This document shows positions 48,921 to 60,890 of a stretch of 64,000 bases of DNA, piece after piece (within the stretch, counting starts at the first letter, position 1; each line of letters starts with the position of its first letter). A program made the position numbers and the translations under genes. The notes below the pieces were generated by a model. It was not told where the DNA came from. It worked only from the letters and a program-made list of their open reading frames with translations, and ran no database searches. The stretch lies in the NCBI GenBank assembly GCA_965153285.1, contig OZ229111.1; one strand, 5' to 3'. The DNA is from Podarcis tiliguerta (taxonomy: Eukaryota).

Positions 48921-51706
48921 TTTGAAGAGAGCTAAACCATCGGGCCAGGTTAGTACAACGCCACATCAAGTCATTAGCATGGTGCATTAGCAAAATGAGC
49001 AGAGAGGAGCAAAGTGGTTGCAATCTCTTTTCTGGGAGACGTCACGCTTGCACATTCGTACTAAACCATGACTTGGCTTAATGTAACATATGAACCAGGC
49101 CTAAATCCGTAAGATTGTTTTGAAGTCATAAACTTTGATTGGCATTCAACTTTCATTTTTAAAAAAGGAACTTTCATTTTTAAAAAATAAAGTTTCCACC
49201 CCTTGGATATACGGAAAAACTTTCTTGGTTTCAATGTTTTCATCTTAACATAAGAATTGATTCCATCTTTACCTATTCTGTCTCTCTCAGGTGATAATTA
49301 AAGCGCATTGCAACCTTCATGTCTACACAGAGTCATAAGTAATAGTCCATTGGGTAATATTACTGCCTGCCTATTTAGTGTGTTCTTACAAAAGCTGTGT
49401 GCCAGAGGGCTTTGTGTACAAACCACTCATTCCCTCCTAGAGTAAAAGGAAAAGTTTTGCTTATTATCTGGGGAGTTGTCTGACCAGCATAATGATATGG
49501 AACAGGGACGTGCTGGGCATTCTCCAACTTCCTTTGTGTAAACATTAATTCAGCACGTCAACAGAGCGATGAATCCCAGAGTGCTCAGGCTGGTCTCAGA
49601 GGAATTGATGTTTTCTAGCATGTAGGCTGCATAAGTGTAAGTGCAATTATATGGAAAGAAGTTCCATTAATTTCAGTAGGATCTGAGTATAACTTTCCCT
49701 GGATTGCATCCAGCAGTGTTTGTAACTGGGTGGCCATTTTAGGTTCATCTCATTCAATGACACAGTGTTATTCCCTACCAAGACCTGGAGACTAGGAAAG
49801 AACTGCAGGAGCCATTAAAGACAGGAAGACAGGTTAAGCCAGCTGAATTTTTTTTTAAAAAAGAGCTAAAGAGACATAAATGGCAGGGTCTTTGTGTCAA
49901 TGGAATCCTACAAAACATTTGAAAACATAGAACATCTTACGAGGAAATAATAGCAACCCTCATGCAAGAAGTCTGGATACGTACCATATAATATACTTTG
50001 AAAGATGACTAGTCTTAAAAGAAGAATTGGCAAATGGCTGCAAAAATCCACTGTCAAGAAGCACTGTCTAGAATGAATGGCATTTTACCAAGCCACATTA
50101 TCGCTCTCAAGGACATGGACAGTATATCAACCAGGTTTCTTGAGTGATAGCTTTAGCTGATCTATAACTTGCTTGATAAGGTCTTGGAGTTTTATTTACT
50201 TCAGGATTATTATTATCTACATATATATTTTGGAAAATGGCTCATCTCTATAGGTGTGGCCACCTCCTGAGACTCAGCAGGAGGGATTGCAGAGAACACT
50301 TGCCTTTCAAAGTTATGTATGGATTTGATCACTGTTTTTTAAAAATATACTTGTATACTGCTGCTTACATTAAGCAGCACATAAATTAAGAACTAATTAC
50401 ACGTGACAAAACAAGCCTTTGGATTTCACAGTGGGTACAATATATAAGGAAGGAAAACAATTTGGCAGCTTCCCATTTTTAAGTCTGTGGAAATACATGT
50501 AAGATCAACAGCTTGTGAAATAAAAATGACAACAGGTAACACAGCAGGCCTGGAGCTGTGTGGGTACATAGCTTAGCAGTTGCTTGTGGTTTCAAGACGG
50601 TGTGAAGCAGCTTCTGGTGGACCTAGGGTTACCCTAGGGCTACCCCCTCCATGGGGAGAAAAGCAGCTTGGTGGAATTCTGAGGAAAGGCATGGCTGGTG
50701 GTAAAAGGAGCAAGCACACCACCCATTTGGTCCTCCACCTCACTCCCCAGGCTGCTTCTTCTTAAATAAAAATGCTATATTGAAAAAAATGTTACATGGA
50801 TCTGGTTGCAAATTCTAGCTTGGCCCTTTTCTGCTTGCTTACCTATTCACTTGTTCTCTCATTAACTCATCCTAAATTTGTAAATCACACCATACTGTTT
50901 GGCTGTTTGACAAATAGATGCATTTGGGTAATGTTGCCCCCGCTTCCCTCCCATTCCCCCCCCCCCAATCTGGTGACTTTGAAGCTTCTTAGATTTTTCA
51001 TCTCCAGTCATATCAGTTTTCTCCCTGTTAAGAGGCGGTATAAAGATGTTTAAAATAAATTTGCAAAGTGGAAGAAATAATGACTCCTCTTGCAGGTCTG
51101 TTGGTAGGATAATGGAAGAAAGAACCACAACTTTGTATATTACATGTATTAAAAGAAGCATTAGCAGCTGTGCCCTAAAAACAAGTCCGTTTCAGCATTT
51201 CATAATTTTTACAGCAAAGCTTGGAAAATGTGCTTATAAATATATACAATCCCACACGTTCCTAAATGTCAATCCTGTTCATTTAGTCATTGTTGGAATT
51301 CAGCTTCTTGTTTAGCAGTATCACAAAAGCAATGGTTGTCCTTTCTGAGACGCTGCAGAGCAATCCCATGGGATCAGATTGATGGCTCCAATAGTGGCAG
51401 TCAATGTTGGGAAACATAAGAGAAACAGCAGGCTCTTTCAAGGGGCTCAGTCTATTCCTTTTATTCCTGATTTTATATCTGGTTCTTGTAGGACCAAGGA
51501 GAAGCCATTTTCATGCAGTTACCAGGCTTGGCTGACTTTAATTTTGTCAGGGGGGGGGGGGAATTACCTGGGAAGAGTCAACCTGGAGGAAAATGCTAAG
51601 AAGCTATTTTCACCATTTTTTTCTTTCACGGGCTCCCCCGCCCCTACTTCCAGCGGTTCCCACATGGCACATGATGCAAGATCCCTCATTGATCTAATCA
51701 GGTATC

Positions 51707-52045
51707 TCAATTTTTACTTTTGTTACAAATCGAAATCTCGCTTTCTTCGAAGACTTCCTCGGTCGTCTCCCCCATTGTGACTTCTCCTTCACTGCTGTCT
51801 GAGAGGCTTGCTCTGGGAATATGCTTTAATGCGAAGCTTAGCTCCGCTTTGCCGCCTGTCCTCTGCTTTGCCACTTGTGTGCTCTGAGGCTGAGTCACCT
51901 CCAGGGAGAAGCAATTATTGTTCGAATGCTCTTTCTTGGAACATCTCCCCAGGTGCTTGATGTTCTTTCCGAGAAAGCATGGCATGCAGACAAAGGGGGA
52001 TGCCAGCAAGAAATGGGACCATTTCTTGCGCAGTTCAGCTTTTAC
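51707..52045 (-). CDS. GLP2R: GLP2R last coding exon (helix 8 and C-tail): [14 protein letters not shown]...[23 protein letters not shown]
   Basis: ttttccag| acceptor; TGA at 51709-51707; lies inside ORF 51707-52120. Confidence 0.95.
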   Translation of the reverse strand, partial: VKAELRKKWSHFLLASPFVCMPCFLGKNIKHLGRCSKKEHSNNNCFSLEVTQPQSTQVAKQRTGGKAELSFALKHIPRASLSDSSEGEVTMGETTEEVFEESEISICNKSKN

Positions 52046-55000
52046 CTGGAAAAGGAAGGAAAGCAAACAGAACAGTTGAGATGGATTGCAGCATGTAGTA
52101 TAAATGCTTCCTTGACCCATCCCAGGGCTTCTGTCCTTTCAGATAAGCCTGGAATTTCTTAGTTCAGGTATGCTGTGGCTAGGTTACCCTACAGCAAGAG
52201 TAGGGAATCTTTGGGTCTTCAGGTATTGCAGAACTCCAACTCCCATCAGCCCAAGCAAGCATGGCCAATGGCAAGGGATGGTGGAAGTTAGAGTTCATTC
52301 CCCACACCTACCCAACAGGCAGAAGTCCTGACTGCTCAAGTAATTACTCTGAGACCTGCAGCACAAAGTACAATCTTAGGCCTCTCTGCAGTGTTTAGCA
52401 CAGTACACCTGCTCCTAATGCCCCTTTCAAGAGGTCCCGATCTACTTTACACCTTTCCCCTTACTGTCCTGATGTGTTCCCACAGAACTCTGTGTGCATT
52501 TTGTACAGAGAGCAGGTTTCTCATTGATGTTATCACAATACAGTGGTACCTCGGGTTACATACGCTTCAGGTTACATACGCTTCAGGTTACAGACTCCGC
52601 TAACCCAGAAATAGTATCTCGGGTTAAGAACATTGCTTCAGGATGAGAACAGAAATCGCGTGGCGGCAGCAGGAGGCCCCATTAGCTAAAGTGGTGCTTC
52701 AGGTTAAGAACAGTTTCAGGTTAAGAACGGACCTCCGGAACAATTTAAGTACGTAACCAGAGGTACCACTGTTCTTGGACAGCGTACACAGGCACTTATG
52801 AATAGTTGCTATTTAAATGACTTCATGTTTTTTACAGTGCAGCAGCTGAATATTGTGAATATCACCCTGTTTATGCTGCTGCCTCCCATTCTCCACATAT
52901 CTTTCTGCCATCCTTCCTTCCTACCAGTTTCTGCTCCCTGCCCTCAGTGAAGAGGGGAGGAGAACACTTCCTGGAGAATGAAAACCTTCATGTAATGGAA
53001 TGTTCCCCCTTCCATTTGGGCTCAGCTCTACTCCAATCTGTTGCACATCAGGGCAGGTTGGTGCCCCTCCTCATAATTAGAGGCACAAGGGCAGCATCCT
53101 GGCCTTTTGCCTGGCATGCATGGGCAGCTTATTGCAAGCTGATCTGTTTACAAGTAGGTACCCTATATTGCTGTTTCAAGGAGCAGCCTGAAAGGGGCCG
53201 TGTTCCTTGCGTGATATCTCCAACTACTGCAAGGAACACAATGGAAAACTGAATAACTCTTCAATATATACTAACTGATATAAAACGCCAGGTGACCACC
53301 AAGAACATCACACAGGACAAAGTGCAAGCTGCACCAGTCAGTCTGTTCTGCAACATCTTCCAAGAGAAACAAATGGTTAGAAATGAAGGTCAAGAAGGAT
53401 ATTTTACCTCTCCATTAGAAAAACAGTATAAAAGTGCTACAAAGAAACCCTGGAAGGGAAAAGAGAGAGAAGGTAAATTAGATCTGGATGAAATTTGCCA
53501 AGGTACAATTCAACTACAAGCTTATGCAATCACAGAATATTGTTCCTAGAAAACACCTGAAACCTGAGTCATCATGCTGCTAAATTGAACATTAACACAA
53601 CTAACTTCCCCTTGCTCAAAAATCACCTTTATCTCTCAGGTATCATGTGATGAGGCACCAGTACCCAAAACTCTGTTCTATTTTTCTTAGAACAATTTTG
53701 CTCGAGGAAATGTCAGGCTTGCAATTTTAAACCACTAAGGTTGGTCCCACGAAATATATCACTTTGACCTAATCTGTGCATTTCGCATTAGGTTGTGCAG
53801 GAAATATTGCAACTGAAGTTTAGGGCAAAATTACATGTATAGCTTGTGAACTTAACCCTCCCAAGGATGTGTTTTTGAGACCTTGTAAGAGCAGTATCAA
53901 ATTTAGCCAGTTTTCCAAAAGCTCAGTAGCTGACCCCCCAACCCCACTTAGTATTGACATGCTAAAAAGGTAGTAGTGCAAGAAACATGCACATTGGACT
54001 GATATACATCTGACTTCTTGCACCTGGTTCCTGCTGGCAAGAATTTAAGGACATCTAAGACTCAAAGCATTTCTCCTCAGGCAGATTTATATATGAAGAT
54101 TGAAAGACACTGCATAATTCCCCATTAAAAAATGGAACTAATGGCAACTCTTTATTTAGTCCAAATGTCTCATTCTTTGGGACCAACAAATCCCCAAGCA
54201 AATCTGAATTTGTATTTAATAGTTAATGAACTAGCTGCAAAGTTCTTTAATGCATTTGTAGACTAGTACAGAATATGGTATACCACATGTCTTAAGAGTG
54301 ATGACCATTTTTAATTTCTAATGCTTGCTATTCTGAAAGTTGTTTCCTGAATTGCTATTTCCTCAGCTAACTCATCGAATTACATAGTCTGTTCCCCAAA
54401 TTTTCCAGCATTCGTTTGCAAACCCTTACCAGCTATTTATATTCAAGAACATTTTCCACAGAGTTCTTCTTGAGAACCATATATCAAAAAGTGCTCTGTC
54501 CCTCCCTCATTCGCTAATATTTCCAGCAACCATGGTTTACTGATGTGACTCTAGATGTCTAAAAGTTATACACAAGCAATTTGGAGCTTTCTCGGGTAAA
54601 TAAGCATTATATTACAATAGTTGTAATATTCAACCCTATGTTGTCTTTTTGTTTGAAGATTTTTTGCTCTCTGCTCTATCTATGGTTTTAGTATGAAGAT
54701 CATTATTTCTTTTCTTTTCATCATATATATCAATTAATGCCCTTTTTTATTAATTAGTGGTAATCAATAATGCCCCTTCCAGCACAAGAACTTACTTGAA
54801 AGGAGCCCAGGGTCAGCTGAATGAAGACTTTTATGTGCCTGGAAAGACCATCAATTCTTTCATCCACAATGAAGTTAAAGACAATCTCATGAATCCCAAG
54901 CAATGGTATTAACACAAGGGTTGATCTTGCCAGTCTAAAAATAAAAATAACCATAAGAATGAATTCAATCCTAGAGATAAACTGCATCAAGAAATCGCAA

Positions 55001-58000
55001 TGGAATCATGACATTATCCACTCACTTCTGTTTGTTTGGTGCTAGCATTAGAATGATCAAACCTCATACATAGATATTGATATTTTAACACAGGGGTGGT
55101 GAATCTGTGGTCCTACCAATGTTGTTTGTCTCCCATCAATACCAGCCAGTATGGCCAATTGTCAGGGATTATGGAAAAACAACATGTGGAAGGCCAGTTT
55201 CCCCACTCCTGTAATTAAGGATATATTTAAGGATTTTCGTCAAACCTCCAGCAACATGACATTGTTGAATTACGATTTTATCAAGAAGTTAAATGTTGTC
55301 ACTTGTGGACTGAATTGGAACAAAGGCTTTTAAACTGTATTATGTATCTGTATTACCGCTAACTACCGGTAACTACCGGAACGCAGGTGGCTCTGTGGGT
55401 TAAACCACAGAGCCTAGGACTTGCCGATAAGAAGGTCGGCGGTTCAAATCCCCGCGATGGGGTGAGCTCCCGTTGCTCGGTCCCTGCTCCTGCCAACCTA
55501 GCAGTTCGAAAGCACATCCAGCGGGAAGGTAAACAGCATTTCCGTGCGCTGCTCTGGTTCACCAGAAGCAGCTTAGTCATGCTGGCCACATGACCCGGAA
55601 GCTGTACACCGGCTCCCTCGGCCAGTAAAGCAAGATGAGTGCCGCAGCCCCAGAGTCGGACATGACTGGACCTAATGGTCAGGGGTCCCTTTACCTTAGT
55701 GGTAATTATCATAGACTGTACTTTGCTGAATTTCATTTCCTTCTGACTTCACTGCTTACAGTCCCTGTCCTCCAGACATGTAGGTAAGTACCTGTAACTC
55801 AGGATAACACTTCATTCTTCTGAAGAAGCAGATTGTTATCCATAAAATCTTATGTCATAGTAAACTAACTTGCTAGTCTTTAAAGTGTCATTAGCCTTAA
55901 CCTTTTCACCTTATGGGCATAAGTATGTTGCGGTTGTTTTGAGATGACAATTAACCTGAAGTGGTACAGCCCAGACACAGATTTATTGTCTGAGTGAGTT
56001 TACCATTATTAAACAAACTAGGCGCTTATCAGCCTTTTGTTTCTTCAGTGACCAACCCCAGCAAGCCACTGCCAGGCTGGGCTCATAAGAAAGCTAGCTG
56101 GTATTGTTTCCAGCCCTTGCTAAAGTCATGAATTTATGAGTTTGCTCAAATTCTAACCCTTCACTGATTGTAGAGATTGTGAAGGGTCTGCCTCCCAACT
56201 TATAACAATAGAGACATGTTCTCTGACTACTATTGAAACTTTGTAAGTAAAATATTCACCTATGTGCAAAACAATATGACTGTGATATATTCTAGCCTAA
56301 GTATGTTCCTAGTGAATGTTTGTTTAAAGGTGGATGAGGCTGTCCATGGTAAGATGTAACCAAGCATAAAAGTGCCTGGTGCAATCAGCCATTGTGCAAC
56401 TCTGCCAAGATAGTTAGAATCTCGTCCAAACCTCTCTCTCCAGCACATGTAACAAAGAAAAATAGATATGCAGGAAATTCTTGGTTAGAATGAACTGGAA
56501 CATAATCAGTGGATTCTTCTTCCAGTTTAAAAGGTACTGTAGAAGGCTAAGTAGATAAGTACAAATCTGAGAATGTAATATTTACCTGAATTTATAATCA
56601 CGAAAGCTCATTTGCTGGGCTTTAAGTTTGGAAAGTAGCAGCTTCACAATTTTTAGAAAGATGCAGAAGTTAACCTTCAAAGAAACACACCTCTTGGTTA
56701 GTTTCAGTAAATGCAATGAACATTATTTGGCTAGCAATGGGGCAATCACAAGAAATTAACCACAAGCAACAATTCACAGCACAATCTTAACCATGTTTAC
56801 TCAGAAGTAAGTCCTATTGAATTCAGTTGAGCTTACTCTGAGGTAAATATATTTAGTATTGCAGCCTCTTAATGTGTGAAGACATTGTTTCTAGAGATTT
56901 TCTACCCATCACATTTAGACAATTTTTCCTGCCATTTCTCTTAGTTCATTCTGTCCCCACCCCTTTCTTTAGGTCAGGCTTTTGATCCAAGATACTTTTG
57001 ATCTTTATTAATGGTTGCTGGAACAGGGAGCATCAGTAACAGGTGGCAAAGAACACCAAGGACAAGTACCCTTGCCAATATCTTATGTGTCACACACACA
57101 TAATACCTGCATCCATGTTTACATGCTCTCATGTATTTGAATGGGTATCATGTAATCTCTCTTTTAAAAATATAAATGCAAAAGCATTTGCCTGTTCATG
57201 TTTCCAAGACTCTCTTGCTCATATCCTTCTCTGGGACACTCTCTGGTTCTCATTTTTCTGATCCTCTGAATTTTGAAGCTGCTTTCAGTCCATGTATTGC
57301 TTCAGGAAGTGCAAATTCAGTCAGTTCACAGTTTAATGCAAACTTCTCCCCCACCTTTAATCCCTGTCCTGCCTTATGCCTTCCACAGCCATCTTTGCTC
57401 AATCAATCCTTGCTTTAAATTATTTAGGGTTAGTCCCATGTCTTTATTTTGTAAAATACAGAGAGACACAAATCATGGAAAGGGCCAAGTCAGTCTCACT
57501 CTGCTGTGCACCAGGAGATGTCTCCCCTTGCAAATAATATAACAGAAACATACCACCACAACTGTATAAAAAATTAATCAAATTTATGCCATGATGCTTA
57601 CAACAATGGAAAATAAAATGGGCCCTCGAATGATCCACCAGAATGCCATGTTGTGATGTGTTGCCCAGCATCTAGGAAGTAAGTCAAAATTATTCTGTCA
57701 GCTCACATAAGCACAAATGGCAAGCCACATTATTTTTAAATAGATTTGGATAGGACCTGTGAACCTGCTTGCTTTTTTTTGCCAAGAGGACTAATCAGAT
57801 TACTCATCAAGATTACATTTTTCAAAATCAATTGTATACAATAATCCATTCCTAAGCAAGTAATCCCAAGGCATGCATTTTCCCATAACACAAGACCATT
57901 ATTCTAATGGTTGTGGCCATAGTGGGCTGTAATGCAATTTATTATTTTTATAATGAGCTTCCTAATGGAGGCTTAAGCAACTGATACCTATGGAAGCAAA

Positions 58001-60837
58001 TGATGATGACTCATTTGTGTTCCACTAGGTGCATCTAAACGCCAGGTTAACTTCACTTAATTCCTTTGGTTTAGCATTAGGAACCAACGGGGTGTAGCAT
58101 GAGGTCTATTTATTAATTATACTTACATCCCACTCTTTCTTTCAAAAGCTCAGAGCAGCTTGTATCAAGTTCTCAGTGGCCTCTTGTTCAAGCCCTGATC
58201 AGGCCCACATCAGCTAAGCTTTCCTATACCATTCACAAGACTGATCTTACTGTGTCCACATAAACATCAATAATAGGGGGATTAGAAAATCAGAAACTGG
58301 TGGTGCTTGGGTGTGTGTATGTGTTTTAGCAAAGTCACTATCATGATCTGGCTATATACTCTAGATCACCATCTCCACAGCATGTTTACAAATGACCACC
58401 ACAGAACAAAATGTTTGTCTATATCCATCCGAAGACCTTTGTTTAAACCAGCAGGCCATGCTTTCTATTATCTTGGCAGAAACTGAAGCAACAAACCAAG
58501 CCAGAGGAGCATTTGGAAACAGTCACTTACCCCTCATACTCCAGTTGGTATTTTGTTATTCCCCAGGAAGCCACAAACAGAACTGGAAAACCTGGGGAAA
58601 ATTGAGATGCAGGGACAATGTGACTTCGCAATGGGCAATATGTAACAGTTGTTGCGCATGTGGACTAAATAATAATGGAGTGGCTGGAATATAGGGATGG
58701 GAGGGAATATTACTAATTTGTGTACAAGGCAAAGGCTATTGATCACAGCAACTTTTTTCTCTTGTTGATTCAGTCATACATTTTTGTAACCCTCTTTATC
58801 CAAGGACAGTCTCTGAGCAGCTAAAAGCAGCAACAAAGTTAAAAGAAGAGTATGCTTATAATAATCTGATGTCAAAATGCAGGGCAGGGTTTGGATCATT
58901 TCTCAGATGGTGATTATTATTTATTCTGTTTATTGTACTTTTATATATTGCCTTTCCTCCCAAGGTGGCCCAGGGCAGTTGTGACATAGAGAAGGGTGGC
59001 TTATCTTCAATATAGACATGGCCTTCGTGACTGCAGCTGCCTTGATGACATGGGTTTTAGATTGATGCTAACCTATCCTGAAACAGTGGACTATATGCGC
59101 TGCTGGGGAAAAAATCTGAATATTTACCCCATCCAATGAATATGTATCTCAACAGCAGATGTTTCTCAGAGAGCACAGTGGCTACCAATAATCTATGGAG
59201 GTAAATCCCTTCCACTAAAATCCAGAAGAAATTTGCCCCGACAACATAATGCATCAAAAGCTGAGCCATCCTGCATAGGAACAACTTCTGTGGAAATGAG
59301 ATAGCGAGAAGAAAAGTTAATATTGAACAACCGTCAACAGCAAAGTAAAACTTGGTACTACCAATTATCAAAATACAGCTTGGTACATACAGATATGTGG
59401 AGTTTTTGTTAAGCAAGTCAGATACTTGTCAGTCAAAATGAATATTTGAAAAGCTCTATTCTTCTAAAGCAGTTTTGTTAAATGTTAATGACTACAAAGC
59501 TCTGTGGCTGGATGGTTCTTGAATGGAGGATACTAGCAGCAGGGCCCAGATACCTTCCTTCTGCACTGCCAAGCCAGCCTTCAAACAAAACAAGCTGCTA
59601 ACTTGGTCTCTGCTGCATGAGCAATGCAAAGGCCCAAGAGTCCAACAGGGTCAAATTAGCCAAAGTACAATCTCAAAGTTCTCAGAATTCTATGGGAAGA
59701 AGGCTTGATTGTTAAACTACTCTAGCAATTGTAGCTCTGCGAGGAGCATAAAGGGCTCTCCTAAAAACTACCTGCAGTCCATGGCTGTCAAAGTGGTATA
59801 ATTATGCCTTAAATGCATCTGTATTGTGAGTGGTATGTGCTGGCTGCAGGCCATCTGAGGAAGACAGCATACACCTGTGTAAATCTTCTGGACATATCCA
59901 TCTTTTGTTCCTCCAGTTGTTTTAACTTGCCATTTACCTTGTTTTTAGATGTCTTGTTTTATCTGCTTTTTAACTGGCATACCACTTTAGTTTTTTTTTT
60001 GTAAAAATAATAATCAGTCTATAAGCTTTATGAATAAATAAATAAACGAAGGAATTTTCTAGCTATTTTCATACTTGTGTGCCAGTTACCGTCATACAAA
60101 AGAAAGTATGCAGAGCTTGAAACTTGCTAGCAAAGGATGCTCAGCATGGAATGCAACGCTTTGAATGAGTTCAATCAACAACAGTTTTCTAGCAAGCTTT
60201 GCAGCTACAGAATTCAGCCATGAACACATAGAAACTCCAGGTATCATTAGATGCTCTTTCTTCCACCCACTTGCTTTTAACAATGCCGTACCTCTGGACT
60301 TGAGAATGATATCCATCCATTTAGATCACTTGGCTTTTCAGAGTCCACATAAAGAAATACATAAGTGCTGTGGGTTGTTCTGTCTTTGATGAGAACTCCT
60401 GCGGCTCGCAAGATGAACGCAACAAACAGATTCATATGGATGTAGTTCCTTGTGCAGTGCAGTTTCCTGTGGAAGAAGAGAAGCATCATCTTAAGAATCC
60501 ACTGAAGCTGGTTTTATTCTGATCTGAATAACAGCATGTTCTTGCCCTGCTGTAAATGTTCTTCCTTCCTAGTGGGGGCTTAGTGGCTATGGGTGCTAAG
60601 GACACTTGGATCAGCTAGGCCTGCATGTTGTTCCAGTAGCATAATTTCCTGTCTTATCCCACACTGGGCTGAGCACACCTGACAACCAAGAGTATAGGGG
60701 TTCCCATCTCTGTTGCTCATTTTCTGTGAAGCAAGAAAGGAACAGAGGCAGTGGCAAGTTGGTGTGGTATTGTGTGGTTTACAACATATACGCTCTGCAG
60801 AGAACTGGAGAGCTGGGGATGCCTGCTCCTAAATAAG

Positions 60838-60890
<53 letters not shown>

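Noticed and set aside
3549-51560. Numerous G9-G13 and C-run homopolymers as functional G-quadruplexes
   Set aside because: Isolated single runs scattered evenly; more simply a genome-wide compositional trait, with no positional pattern.
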